Shown in pieces: positions 1-9,246 of a stretch of 27,001 nucleotides of DNA. Positions within the stretch are counted from its first letter, which is position 1. Each line of letters opens with the position of its first letter. Source of the DNA: a virus. Lineage: Duplodnaviria > Caudoviricetes. Under the pieces are notes generated by a model. That model made no database searches and was not told the origin of the DNA. It worked only from the letters and a program-made list of their open reading frames with translations. Both the position numbers and the translations under genes were made by a program. The stretch covers positions 1 through 27,001 of the IMG/VR virus record IMGVR_UViG_3300037846_000038. One strand, written 5' to 3'.

Positions 1-113
1 TAAACGGCAACGATAACGTTGTTATGGAACGCCTCCATTTCTGAGATATCTCCGAGCCTGTTGAAGATATCTTCGGCAGGCGGAACCTCATGATCCATAA
101 TTAGGTGCGGCAT
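1..113 (-). CDS. GroES-like co-chaperonin, N-terminal part (runs off window edge)
   Basis: Hand translation from ATG at 113: MPHLIMDHEVPPAEDIFNRLGDISEMEAFHNNVIVAV... It resembles the N-terminus of GroES-like proteins found in head modules of this portal/terminase type. Only 37 codons are visible, and it is not in the ORF track. Confidence 0.55.
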   Translation of the reverse strand, partial: MPHLIMDHEVPPAEDIFNRLGDISEMEAFHNNVIVAV

Positions 114-119
114 ATTTTT

Positions 120-845
120 CTATTCCTCCATCTTTGATAGAAATTTAAATTCCATTCCGCCAGTTCTCTTTCTGTGGCCAGTGAGGACAAGCGATATTAG
201 ACGATGGCCAATACCATAATGGGCAGCAGCCGTTCTAGCATTTGGCCACTCCCGCCCATCCGTCAAGCAGACTATGCGCTTACCGAATTTTCCAGTTCTC
301 GTAGCCTTATAAGAAGGATGGCCAGTAAGGGCCTCACTAATTCTCCTCCTATGGGTTTCTGACGGTGGACCAACCGGCCTACCCTTGAGGGCATTGCTCA
401 GTTTTTCCTTGTGAGCTTCCGATTTTGGAGCTGTATTTTTCCCGCGATTGGATCTGCTGATAGCGGCTCTTGTCTCTGGTGATGCAACACGGCCACTACT
501 CCTCTCTCTGAGGATAGCCTTAGTCTCTTCTGTGTGTTTCATCCCGGTGGAACCTTGTCCACCTAGTGCGATATTGGGACGGCAGAGGCCCATGGACTTC
601 CACCAGCGTATTCTCTCGATTTCAAACCTATGGGCAAAATTCTCGGTTAGGTCATCAAAAATAATATGAACGTCGAAGTGATATCCAGTGCGCCTTAGCT
701 TTTCCTGAATGCGTTTGTGATACCGATTTCTTCCGATCTTATCCCAAGCCCGATAGCCCATGCCCTTGCCAACGTAGAACACTTCGCCCGTATCAGTGCG
801 GATGTGTTCGTACACGTAAAAGCGAGGCGGCACTATGCTAACCAA
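120..845 (-). CDS. Free-standing GIY-YIG homing endonuclease with NUMOD3 repeats and C-terminal NUMOD1/IENR1-like HTH
   Basis: FYVY...FYVGKG..R, E and N catalytic pattern; repeats KHTEETKAIL, SPETRAAIS, SEAHKEKLS, SETHRRRIS; C-terminal KRIVCLTDGREW..ARTAA..YGI....IS.VL.G.RK.TGG. Confidence 0.9.
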   Translation of the reverse strand: MVSIVPPRFYVYEHIRTDTGEVFYVGKGMGYRAWDKIGRNRYHKRIQEKLRRTGYHFDVHIIFDDLTENFAHRFEIERIRWWKSMGLCRPNIALGGQGSTGMKHTEETKAILRERSSGRVASPETRAAISRSNRGKNTAPKSEAHKEKLSNALKGRPVGPPSETHRRRISEALTGHPSYKATRTGKFGKRIVCLTDGREWPNARTAAAHYGIGHRLISLVLTGHRKRTGGMEFKFLSKMEE

Positions 846-859
846 ACGTAAGTCTCCTG

Positions 860-1048
860 TCAGTCTTTGAACGTATCTGTTCTAGCCATATCCATGAAAT
901 CCAGAACCTTGGCCAGAGCTTCCAGATTGCCAACCCGGCGACGGTAATCAGCGTAATCAACCGCTGCCCCCGTCGCCAGTCCGTCTTTCTCGCGTTCGAT
1001 CTCCTCGTCTATGATCTTGCGGAGAGCCTGTTCGTAGCGTTCAAGCAT
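860..1048 (-). CDS. Small conserved-looking head-module protein
   Basis: 62 aa, LATGAAVDYADYRRRVG motif; lies between the portal region and the GroES-like gene; start overlaps the upstream stop. Confidence 0.75.
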   Translation of the reverse strand: MLERYEQALRKIIDEEIEREKDGLATGAAVDYADYRRRVGNLEALAKVLDFMDMARTDTFKD

Positions 1049-1394
1049 CAGTCCAGTTTACCTTGCCGATCAAACTTCCCCACGCTTGTCCTATGGAAGA
1101 CTCGTGGCTAAACGTGACCCACGGAATGACGCCCATCATAATGTGATGCATCGTCGCAAACGATATGCAGTCACAAAATTCAGTCCCATCGACGTTTTCT
1201 ACGATAATTTCCACACCATACTGGGACATGGGATGCTTGGATCTATCGTCACCAAGCTTCACAGGACGAATGGACAGACCAGACCATTTCTCGGTTCCAT
1301 CCTTGAGTTTCCTATCAAGCCATTCTTGAGAAATTGCCTCCCATAACCGCTTTATGTCCTCTAGGCGCAATTCTCTCTTTTCATCCTCAGTCAT
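1041..1394 (-). CDS. Hypothetical protein
   Basis: ORF 1041..1424; ATG at 1394 (MTEDEK) preferred because it follows the upstream stop at 1397. Confidence 0.65.
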   Translation of the reverse strand: MTEDEKRELRLEDIKRLWEAISQEWLDRKLKDGTEKWSGLSIRPVKLGDDRSKHPMSQYGVEIIVENVDGTEFCDCISFATMHHIMMGVIPWVTFSHESSIGQAWGSLIGKVNWTDA

Positions 1395-1396
1395 GC

Positions 1397-2476
1397 TTAT
1401 TTTTCCTGTGAACGCCCATACCATCCAAACTTCTCAAGCCGACCTTCTCCAGAACCAGCACCGGCATCCATCGGATAGGCTCGGCCACCACGCTTGCGTT
1501 GCATCGGCGGAGGGACAGGCGGCATGCCCGGAGCGGAACCCAGACCCGGACCACCAGCGGGCGGCATCGGGACCGGAACGGGTGTCCCCGGCATCTGTGC
1601 GTTGGGGCCAGTCGGCGCAGCACCTAGAGGAGGCTGCATGCCATCGGGCTTCGAGCCCGTGCCGATAATGATGTTGATGTCGGTCTTGCCCTTGCCGGTA
1701 CGTCCGCCCGTGGCGCGGTGCAGACCCTTCAGCGTCTCCGCGAGATTGGCCCGCTTGCGCTCCAGCGGATTCTTGCTGTGCTCGGCCTTGGCGAGTTTCT
1801 TCGCCGGGATCTTCTCACCTTCCTTGACGCCAAGTTCGCGATGGAGAGCGCCCTTGTTCTTCGTGGCTTCGGCGATCCAGTTTCCGCCACCATCCTTGCG
1901 GGCGAGGCGTCCACCAGTCGGACGGGTGCCCTGCATCTCGCCGTCGAGCGAGCCGCCATCCTTGCGGCCCGTCAGATCCTTGGCCTTTACCATCTTCTTG
2001 ATGAGCGCGCGATCTTCCTTCTCATCACCATGGGCAGCACCGCCAGTCTTGAGACCAGCAGCCTTGTCCATGCGGCTTTCGGTCGGCGTGAAGTTGAAGC
2101 GGGTGGAAGGAACTTCACCGCCCACGTCACGCTTTGCGCGTCCGCCCTTCTTGAAGCCGCCGACATGCTTGGTGCCGTCGCGCTTCTCATTCGCTTCCCG
2201 AACGTCGCGGTTGACGAATTCCGTACCGATGCCACCACCGGATTTGCGCGGCTTCCTACCCGCGTGGTGCTTGGCTTCCTTGCCATCGACACCCATCACC
2301 TTACCGCCCTTGCGATACTGGCGGCGGGACAGAGGACGAAGGCCGGTCTTTACATCGGCATCCAGCACTTCTTCGGGGCCATAGTCGGACGCATCGACCT
2401 TTCCGACCTCGCTTCCTACGAGCTTGCGCGCCTTTTCACGCATGTTTCGGCGAGCGGTTCGCGAAAGTTCCGACAT
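1397..2476 (-). CDS. Basic low-complexity protein with repeated xxGG motifs (putative virion/head protein)
   Basis: 359 aa, GGAGG RBS; about ten (R/K)xxGG-type motifs, a WIAEATKNKGALHRELGV..GEKIP segment and a Pro-rich tail; downstream of the portal. Confidence 0.8.
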   Translation of the reverse strand: MSELSRTARRNMREKARKLVGSEVGKVDASDYGPEEVLDADVKTGLRPLSRRQYRKGGKVMGVDGKEAKHHAGRKPRKSGGGIGTEFVNRDVREANEKRDGTKHVGGFKKGGRAKRDVGGEVPSTRFNFTPTESRMDKAAGLKTGGAAHGDEKEDRALIKKMVKAKDLTGRKDGGSLDGEMQGTRPTGGRLARKDGGGNWIAEATKNKGALHRELGVKEGEKIPAKKLAKAEHSKNPLERKRANLAETLKGLHRATGGRTGKGKTDINIIIGTGSKPDGMQPPLGAAPTGPNAQMPGTPVPVPMPPAGGPGLGSAPGMPPVPPPMQRKRGGRAYPMDAGAGSGEGRLEKFGWYGRSQEK

Positions 2477-2548
2477 TGCAACCCTCCAAAGAGATGTGAT
2501 TACTTACTCTAAAGAGGTAGGCACTGCAATCATCCGGTCAGGGCTGGA

Positions 2549-2722
2549 TCAACCGCCTTGTTCAGGCGTTCGGCCTCTGCCTTCACTAGCGGTCATCGGC
2601 GGCATGAATACAATCTCACCTCGCATCGCCAGAACCGCAAAATATAGGCTCACGCCAATAGCGGGCGCCATTCCGGCGATAGTGAGGATCATGCCCAGCC
2701 AGCGAGGGAACTCATCGGTCAT
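2549..2722 (-). CDS. Small single-TM protein (57 aa)
   Basis: Hand translation MTDEFPRWLGMILTIAGMAPAIGVSLYFAVLAMRGEIVF...; starts immediately after the upstream stop; below the ORF-track cutoff. Confidence 0.55.
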   Translation of the reverse strand: MTDEFPRWLGMILTIAGMAPAIGVSLYFAVLAMRGEIVFMPPMTASEGRGRTPEQGG

Positions 2723-2723
2723 T

Positions 2724-2942
2724 TCAGATAGTCTTGGTGCCAGTAAGAACCGTTTTCAGAAAAATAGCGGATCGCCCGGCATTTTCTATGCTCTGAGTTA
2801 TCGCGTGTGTCATCACGAAAAGGGTATGCCTGATTTCGTCAGCGCTGCCGTCCAACGCGTATCCGCCTAGAGCGCAGAACTCTTTGTTTTCAGGATCTGT
2901 GATGGTGATGGTTATTTTGTAACCAGTCTTCTCATCGGTCAT
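2724..2942 (-). CDS. Hypothetical protein
   Basis: 72 aa; 4-bp start/stop overlap with the portal. Confidence 0.6.
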   Translation of the reverse strand: MTDEKTGYKITITITDPENKEFCALGGYALDGSADEIRHTLFVMTHAITQSIENAGRSAIFLKTVLTGTKTI

Positions 2943-5191
2943 TTTGTGTCCTTATCGGTAATCGTCTTTTCTAGCGGCTTAACGATCGGACCTGCAACAC
3001 CAAGGCCCTCCGGATGCGCGATCACTTCCTTGATCACTTCCATCGCCGCCTTGCGCTCTTCGCTCTGCCGATCGAGATCACGATTGGCATCTTCGACATG
3101 CGACTGATGCGTTTCGAGCCCCAACTTTGCTCTGTTGGTTTCAGCGTCGAGAAGATCAGCATGAGCCTGGATTTCGTCCGTCGATGTCGGCCCCTTGTCT
3201 CCGCCCTTGGAGAAGAACCCATCCTTGATCTTGGCCTGTGTTTCGGCCATCCGCGATTGAGCGTCCAGCATGCGAGCATCCGCCGTCTTACCCGCCGTTT
3301 GCGCCGCTGCCATATCCTTCATGACTTCAGGAGGTGGCGGCTTCGGCGTGTTCTGCGGGACGAAGAACTGCTGCGGGTTGCTCCATCCCAACGCTTGAAG
3401 TGCCGCCGTGTCGACCGCGAGCGGGTCATACAGCTCAGGATTGCCTTGCTGTAACTGCTTGAGCCCCATGATCTTCATCACGCGCTGGGTGTGGCTGGCG
3501 GTGTTCGGGTCAGCCTGTGGGGTCAGGTCGTAATCGTCCAATGCCTTGAGGAACGTCTCCTGATCCCACTGTGTCGTCGGCTTGGAATTGCGCTCCCAAA
3601 AACTCTCGGGATGCTCGGAGAAGATGCCGGTCAACAGCCGGAACTCTTCGGCCTGTGCCGCATGCATGCGCTTGTGCACCGAATTCAGCACCTTCACAGC
3701 CTGATCGATCATCGCCAAGGTTGTGCCTACCGGAGCGTCTGCCCGACCTTCGCCCACCTGTAATTCGCTGGTTCCGCCGATCCTCTGGCCTGTCTCGGCC
3801 ATGTTCTCGACCAACTGCATCAGCGGTGCCATTGCCTGTGCATTATACGGCAGTGGCATAACCGCTTGATTGATCGGCATGCCGTTGGTTTCGATCTGCG
3901 CGCCACCACCCGGAGGAACGCGAAAGATGCTGGTATTCTGCCGCGATGCCGCCTTCGCCACGAGGAAGCCGGGGAAGTTGGCATACATGCCACTGTCCAG
4001 CAATTCCCGCCAAGCCGCCGTTACCGCATTGGTCGTGTTGCCAAGAATGTGGAGGAGCCCGATATCGTAAAAGCCGAAACCTGGAACGAAGGTGAACTTG
4101 ACGAACCACTTCCGGGCAATCGGAAGCTCTTTGCTGTCCTCGTTGTAGTTCCGGACAATCGAGAGGATCTGTTTCGACGAGACATCGATCGTCACCCGAT
4201 AGGGAACCGACAGGCCGCTGATCTTTCCCTTATATTTGTGCTCGAAACCCGGAATGTCGAGTTCGCAATAGCATTCGTAAATCTCGCGGTCCCGATCGGT
4301 CGGGTTCATCGATACCGAAGCGAGGCCCTGTTGAGCCTTCTTCTCGTCCTGCACCGCATCGCTTTGGGGCGCGAGCGGATCGCCCAGCATCACGTCCCGA
4401 TAGACATCAAGGATCTGCATCCGTCTCACGACAGACGGCCGCATCATGATCCGATGCGTGATCCGCTTGGCGTTGGCGAGGTCGGTTGCCTCATTGTTGA
4501 CGATCAGGTCGTTGGCGTCGACCGTCTCAGAGACAGGCCTTGACCGTAGCGGGCAGAAATAGACCTTTTTGAACGCCGTGCCCCCAAAGCCCAGCATGAG
4601 GAGCATGCGATCGGTATCGGGGTAATATTCGCTCGCCGTGCTGGTCAGGTAGTGATTGAGATCCCGCTCAAGCGCATTGGCAAGCTGGTCTTCCTGCAGC
4701 GTCGCGTTGTTGTCGTCGTTACGGATTTTGATCGGACCATCGGTGGGGAGAAGTTCGGAGCGCGCATTGGCTTGAAAGCGTAGAACGGCCTCAAGTAGCA
4801 GAGGATGACGAACCTTGGACATCCCCTCAATCGGTGCGCCATCTGTCTCCCCCTGTAGGCCAGGTAGTTCCAGCTTGAGGCCGAGCAATCTCATTCCTTG
4901 AGCACGTGAATCGACCCATTCAGTGCGGCTCTGAATGTCGTCCTCAATGCCACGAATGAGGTCATTCGCGATCGACGACAGTTCGGTCTCGGGGATTTTC
5001 TCGGCGAGATTGTCGAACCAGTTGATCGGATTATCGTTGCTGGCCCGCTCTAGGGGCTGATCGCTGAGCGAGACAGTGATCGATCCGTCTGAGTGCCGGA
5101 GTTCGATCACGTTTCCACTATCGTCCGTGACAGGGCGGATGGAAGGCTCTCCATCATCAATCTCAACTTCAAATGGAGGCTGCGTCGCCAT
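2939..5191 (-). CDS. Portal protein
   Basis: 750 aa downstream of TerL; HPLLLEAVLRFQA, G(T)AFKKVY, PGFGFYDIGL, APVGTTLA.I motifs typical of P22-like large portals; coiled-coil C-terminus. Confidence 0.88.
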   Translation of the reverse strand: MATQPPFEVEIDDGEPSIRPVTDDSGNVIELRHSDGSITVSLSDQPLERASNDNPINWFDNLAEKIPETELSSIANDLIRGIEDDIQSRTEWVDSRAQGMRLLGLKLELPGLQGETDGAPIEGMSKVRHPLLLEAVLRFQANARSELLPTDGPIKIRNDDNNATLQEDQLANALERDLNHYLTSTASEYYPDTDRMLLMLGFGGTAFKKVYFCPLRSRPVSETVDANDLIVNNEATDLANAKRITHRIMMRPSVVRRMQILDVYRDVMLGDPLAPQSDAVQDEKKAQQGLASVSMNPTDRDREIYECYCELDIPGFEHKYKGKISGLSVPYRVTIDVSSKQILSIVRNYNEDSKELPIARKWFVKFTFVPGFGFYDIGLLHILGNTTNAVTAAWRELLDSGMYANFPGFLVAKAASRQNTSIFRVPPGGGAQIETNGMPINQAVMPLPYNAQAMAPLMQLVENMAETGQRIGGTSELQVGEGRADAPVGTTLAMIDQAVKVLNSVHKRMHAAQAEEFRLLTGIFSEHPESFWERNSKPTTQWDQETFLKALDDYDLTPQADPNTASHTQRVMKIMGLKQLQQGNPELYDPLAVDTAALQALGWSNPQQFFVPQNTPKPPPPEVMKDMAAAQTAGKTADARMLDAQSRMAETQAKIKDGFFSKGGDKGPTSTDEIQAHADLLDAETNRAKLGLETHQSHVEDANRDLDRQSEERKAAMEVIKEVIAHPEGLGVAGPIVKPLEKTITDKDTK

Positions 5192-5481
5192 TATCCACCC
5201 TGCTTTTCGTTGCGATAGCGATTGATCGCTTTCGATATGAAAATCAACGCCTCATCATCGTTCATCCACCCAGCATCCGGCCATGATCCGTAATCTTGCT
5301 GATACCGCCATGCTTTATCGGTGAACCAATCTTCCTCCGGTCCAATTTCCAATGCCCATGCATCTCCCCGGGCGCGAAAATAGAACTGTTGGCCGTCAAC
5401 AGTTCCCTCAGCTTGGACAGGACAATTCCCCCATATGCCTTGAAGTTCAACTCCAGCCGGGAGATGCGTTTGGGTCTCCAT
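5191..5481 (-). CDS. Hypothetical phage protein
   Basis: 96 aa, GNCPVQAEG.VDG..FYFRARG motif; 1-bp overlaps with both neighbours. Confidence 0.75.
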   Translation of the reverse strand: METQTHLPAGVELQGIWGNCPVQAEGTVDGQQFYFRARGDAWALEIGPEEDWFTDKAWRYQQDYGSWPDAGWMNDDEALIFISKAINRYRNEKQGG

Positions 5482-5861
5482 CAGCTATTCCTGACGATGT
5501 TCTTGAGATAGGCCTTCTGGAATTCCAGAGCCTTCATCTGGGCCTGCGTGAGCGGCTGGATTTCCCTCGTCGTGCTGTCCTCGCGCTTTTTGGCAAGGGC
5601 GCGTTCGGTCGCCTCATTGAGAGCCATGCCGGGATCATAGCGACGCGCTAGACGATCGGATACGATCTCGACTTCGCTGTAGTAGTGAGAGGCACAGTCG
5701 AGACAGTGATGATAATAGGCCTGCATCTCCGAACGCAGGAACTGTTCAAACTTTTCGGACCACTCGCCGGATGCCTTAGCGCGCTTGATATGTGTAGCGA
5801 TAGTGAGACGCATGGACTGACGAGCGAGCCATGTGATTACGGTTTGGGCAATTCTGGCCAT
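5481..5861 (-). CDS. Hypothetical protein
   Basis: 126 aa, GAGG RBS, directly after TerL. Confidence 0.7.
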   Translation of the reverse strand: MARIAQTVITWLARQSMRLTIATHIKRAKASGEWSEKFEQFLRSEMQAYYHHCLDCASHYYSEVEIVSDRLARRYDPGMALNEATERALAKKREDSTTREIQPLTQAQMKALEFQKAYLKNIVRNS

Positions 5862-5869
5862 GTCACCCC

Positions 5870-7489
5870 TCAGGTCGGATACAGCGCTTGTTTACCCTCA
5901 TTACCCCTAAATCGCAAACTCTCGTCCAGTTCCGATTGCCGTTCAGGGGCGCGGGTCAACATTCCTATATCGCGCAAGTGACGAACGGCCATGGAGGTAC
6001 AGTCCACAAGGTCGTCATGGCGCCCCTTGGGGAATTGAGCGACCTGCGTGATCGTGGTTTCTGCCCACTCCTTGTTGGGAGCATGGACGATCAGGTCGGC
6101 GAAGATATGTTGGACCGAATGCAAACGTGCCACCTTATCGAGCGCACCTGGGTTAACCAGCTGCACGCCAAATCCCTCGTGGGAATAGAGGCGACGTATC
6201 TCCTGTGCGACAGATATTCCGCTCGCCTTCGCCTCAATCAGCAATTTGTCCACCTTGAGACGCTTTGCCGTTATGGCGACCTTCTCGACAAGCTGGTGGA
6301 ATTCCAATCGTTCTGTCCATGCATACATCAGCATGACCTTCGGAGCATGAAGGTAGGATGCACGCTCCGCATACATCGGGCGGCCATCAGCGTCCAAGAT
6401 GCGATTTACTGAGCCTGTGACGTCCTCACTGAATACGCCCCATACAGTCATGGCCGAAGGATCGTTCTCGGTCTTCTCTGTGTAGGCCGTGTCCACCGTT
6501 GCTAGAATATAATCCATCGGCGGATATTCGGCAGAATCCCAAGTCTGCCAGTACTCGCGCTTGATGATACCGCCACCAGCAGGCTCTGGCCTTTGCTGCA
6601 TTTGACCCGCGAAGCCGAAGGGCCCGAGGATGGACTTGTATCCCTTCATCTCATCTGGGCCGAAGCGCTCAGGCCAGAGGAGTTCGCCCTCCTTGGTGCG
6701 TGGGTCTTCCCAGCCTATCGACGTATAGCATTTACGGTCAGGCTCATATTCAGCCGGCAGGACGAGGAAATCCCATCCGTCGCTTTGCTTTTCCTGAATA
6801 TGCCCAGTTAGATCCATCTCGGATAGGCGCTGCTGGATCAGCACATAGGCACCACGCCTAGCATCGTTGAGACGCGTAGACATGGCTCCATCCCACCATT
6901 CGATAGTAGCTATCGTCGAAGCTTCACTGAACGCTTCCTGCGCTGCGTTCGGATCGTCAATTAAAAGTACGTCCCCACCTTCTCCGGTAACGGCAGCACC
7001 TACAGAAGTGATGAGACGTTCGCCACCCTTGTCATTCGAGAAGCGCGATTTGGTGTTCTGATCACCAGTCAGGCTGAACTCACTACCCCATAGCTTTTGA
7101 TACCACGGGCTTTCGATCAGACGGCGACAGCGGACGCTATCACGTAAGACGAGCTGTTGCGCGTAAGACGCCACGAGAAAACGGACATTTGGCCCTGAGG
7201 TGTGCCCTTTGTGACGCTGTGCCCATGTCCATGCAGGATAGGCGACGGAAACGAGAGAGCTTTTCGAGTGCCTTGGTGGGATGTTTATGCAGAGCTTGCG
7301 GATAGATCCATCACAGACCGCCTCAAGGTGCTCGGCGACTGCCTGGATAGCCCAGCCATCCTGCCATGTGCTGGTGTCGATGTACTTCCACGCGCTCTTG
7401 AGGAAGAGGTAGAGGCTGTCCTCGCAGTCCACGCGGTCGAGCAAGCGCAACTGCTCAATCGGATCAATCTGTATGTCGTTAAATTTCAT
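5870..7489 (-). CDS. terL: Terminase large subunit
   Basis: INIPPRHSKS (Walker A), LLIDDP (Walker B), QQRL motif, VDTAY...ND.SA, LIEAKASG and FPKGRHDDLVD RNase H-like nuclease residues. Confidence 0.96.
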   Translation of the reverse strand: MKFNDIQIDPIEQLRLLDRVDCEDSLYLFLKSAWKYIDTSTWQDGWAIQAVAEHLEAVCDGSIRKLCINIPPRHSKSSLVSVAYPAWTWAQRHKGHTSGPNVRFLVASYAQQLVLRDSVRCRRLIESPWYQKLWGSEFSLTGDQNTKSRFSNDKGGERLITSVGAAVTGEGGDVLLIDDPNAAQEAFSEASTIATIEWWDGAMSTRLNDARRGAYVLIQQRLSEMDLTGHIQEKQSDGWDFLVLPAEYEPDRKCYTSIGWEDPRTKEGELLWPERFGPDEMKGYKSILGPFGFAGQMQQRPEPAGGGIIKREYWQTWDSAEYPPMDYILATVDTAYTEKTENDPSAMTVWGVFSEDVTGSVNRILDADGRPMYAERASYLHAPKVMLMYAWTERLEFHQLVEKVAITAKRLKVDKLLIEAKASGISVAQEIRRLYSHEGFGVQLVNPGALDKVARLHSVQHIFADLIVHAPNKEWAETTITQVAQFPKGRHDDLVDCTSMAVRHLRDIGMLTRAPERQSELDESLRFRGNEGKQALYPT

Positions 7490-7502
7490 GCGCTCAATGT
7501 GG

Positions 7503-7534
7503 GGAAAAGGGGACAGCGGTCAAGCCATCCCCTT
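7503..7534 (-). terminator. Terminator-like hairpin just upstream of terL
   Basis: Minus strand AAGGGGATGGC-TTGACC-GCTGTCCCCTT followed by TT; short U tract. Confidence 0.4.
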
Positions 7535-7558
7535 ACGTCGCTCATGCCAGCGAACCGA

Positions 7559-8044
7559 TCATTCTGCCGGAGGAGTGTCCACAATGTTATCCACAACCGG
7601 CGGAACGTTCGAAGGCGTGGTATCTGTGATCTGCACGAGTGCAGGAGGAGTTTCCACCGATGTATCCACAGGATCCGATGAGACGTACACTGGTCGTACA
7701 TGCCCATAATTCAGCGTATTCGCTGCCATCTCATCAGCCGTAGGCGCAAGCGTATCCTTCACTCCCGCTTCCACAGGCAGCGGCGCAACAACAGGATCAG
7801 GTGCCGCAGCAACCGGAAGCGGCGTCACCACCGCAGGACCGCCAGGCGTGTTGGCCGTCACAGCCGTGGTCAGGCGCGCCGTGCCATCCTGGATCTCTCC
7901 GATGATGCGTGCGATCGTATCGCTATCGCCCGAGCGATTGGCCGCCGCGATCTGGTCCGTCAGATGGTTGAGCAGCACAGCGACGCTATCGATCACCGTG
8001 TTCTGCGCCGTTACGGCGTTTTCGATGTCTGCGAGTGCGGGCAT
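7559..8044 (-). CDS. Ala/Thr-rich coiled-coil protein with Pro-rich tail
   Basis: 161 aa; helical N-half ending AVTANTP; GAGGA RBS; 1-bp overlap with the upstream gene. Confidence 0.75.
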   Translation of the reverse strand: MPALADIENAVTAQNTVIDSVAVLLNHLTDQIAAANRSGDSDTIARIIGEIQDGTARLTTAVTANTPGGPAVVTPLPVAAAPDPVVAPLPVEAGVKDTLAPTADEMAANTLNYGHVRPVYVSSDPVDTSVETPPALVQITDTTPSNVPPVVDNIVDTPPAE

Positions 8045-8226
8045 CAGTCTTCCTCTACGTTGAAATCAGCGAAAGCATCATGAGTTTCTTCGATGCTGGT
8101 ATGCGGTCCAATCACGAAATTGGCGAACGCATCGGCAGCCTCAAGGACCTTATCGGCCGACATGACATGGGGAAAGCTGTTGGCAGCGATAGACAGGCAC
8201 GCCATGCGGATTTCATTCTCGGTCAT
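8044..8226 (-). CDS. Hypothetical protein
   Basis: 60 aa, EIRMACL..A......V...A..F..FV pattern; AAGG RBS. Confidence 0.7.
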   Translation of the reverse strand: MTENEIRMACLSIAANSFPHVMSADKVLEAADAFANFVIGPHTSIEETHDAFADFNVEED

Positions 8227-8278
8227 TGTTAACCTTTCAGCCTCGGGAAAAAGATTAGAATGAAGAGGAGTAGCAGAA

Positions 8279-8527
8279 TTATGTGCATGACGTAATCCGA
8301 TCTGGGTCTAGCGGGAAATCGCCTGCGGTTTTCTGTCTGTAGAGATCCTCGATCATCTGCAAGGCGGCATGCTGCTTACAGAGATCGCCATGCGTTGCCG
8401 CTCGCATGCATTTCCGCCAATCCTTGCGCGCCCGTTGAGCCTTGGTAACGCGCTTGTTCAGATATTTTTCATAACCCGCATGAGCTGTGAGCGGGTCGAG
8501 AAACTTCCTATAGGCTTGGCACTGCAT
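8279..8527 (-). CDS. Hypothetical protein
   Basis: 82 aa, GGGGGA RBS; last gene of the insert operon. Confidence 0.55.
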   Translation of the reverse strand: MQCQAYRKFLDPLTAHAGYEKYLNKRVTKAQRARKDWRKCMRAATHGDLCKQHAALQMIEDLYRQKTAGDFPLDPDRITSCT

Positions 8528-8693
8528 CGCGTTCCCCCAATCCCTCTTTAGCCATTGCCCGTATCTCTACCGCGATCGATTTGTCATTCCCCTCTAATCT
8601 AGCAAGGATGTTCCGTAACGCAAGACGCATCCTCTCTTCTCTCTGGACCTGGCGCTTGCGGAATGCTGCTTGGCGTTCGGCGTTGGTCATCAA
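8508..8693 (-). CDS. Small basic-helix/coiled-coil putative DNA-binding protein (bZIP-like), paralog of 25478..25669
   Basis: TNAERQAAFRKRQ (N-x7-R) followed by an amphipathic helix; 20/49 ungapped identities to 25478..25669 by hand alignment. Confidence 0.75.
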   Translation of the reverse strand: MMTNAERQAAFRKRQVQREERMRLALRNILARLEGNDKSIAVEIRAMAKEGLGERDAVPSL

Positions 8694-9040
8694 GAGCGAT
8701 CTTCCTGCTCAGATTGGGATAGGCGATCCATTGTCTTGGGGAAGCGCTGGGATAGATCGCGGATGGCGGTTGTTAGCTCGACGACCTTTTCGACCGGAAG
8801 GCCAGTCGCGATCATAAGATAACTGTCCACGCATTTTGCCGAATCTTCGGTCCCCCGCGCATATTCTCTGAGACGGTGCATGGCAAAGGCTTGGACGATA
8901 TGATGATTGTCCCATTTTCCCTCACGGATCATCCGAGCGCCGTGGGGATCAGCCCACTCTCCGTCCATAGTTCCTGCCGCCGCGTCCCTGTCGGCCTGCG
9001 TCGCTTCAACCATATTCCGATAGGGTTTTGTGTCAGTCAC
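8690..9040 (-). CDS. Hypothetical phage protein
   Basis: 116 aa, TQADRDAAA...IREGKWD.H.IVQAFA.HR; 4-bp overlaps on both sides. Confidence 0.75.
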   Translation of the reverse strand: MTDTKPYRNMVEATQADRDAAAGTMDGEWADPHGARMIREGKWDNHHIVQAFAMHRLREYARGTEDSAKCVDSYLMIATGLPVEKVVELTTAIRDLSQRFPKTMDRLSQSEQEDRS

Positions 9041-9246
9041 TTCGGAAGCCTCTTGAATGCTTGGCGCTCGGCATAGCGACGCTGTTGGCGGGTCATGGTC
9101 GGCGGTGGGAGCGGTGCAGGCTCTGGCTTCGGCGGCTGCTCAGGAATGGTCTGGCTCTCATCCACACGGACAACATCAAACCCTGCGGCAAGAAGCGCAG
9201 CAAAGGCTGCGGATCGAGCGGACTGGATCATAGCCACCTTACCCAT
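9037..9246 (-). CDS. Hypothetical protein with Pro-rich linker and TRQQRR tail
   Basis: ORF 9037..9360; ATG at 9246 preferred (GGGGAG RBS, short overlap with the upstream stop). Confidence 0.65.
   Translation of the reverse strand: MGKVAMIQSARSAAFAALLAAGFDVVRVDESQTIPEQPPKPEPAPLPPPTMTRQQRRYAERQAFKRLPK

Noticed and set aside
120-845. Group I intron around the GIY-YIG gene
   Set aside because: Flanking gaps are only a few bp, and the neighbouring genes have their own start and stop codons.
1494-2512. Long + strand ORFs (296 and 264 aa)
   Set aside because: Antisense shadows of the GC-rich 359-aa gene; no motifs and against operon direction.
3014-7681. Multiple + strand ORFs over portal and terL
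   Set aside because: Shadow frames of well-supported genes.
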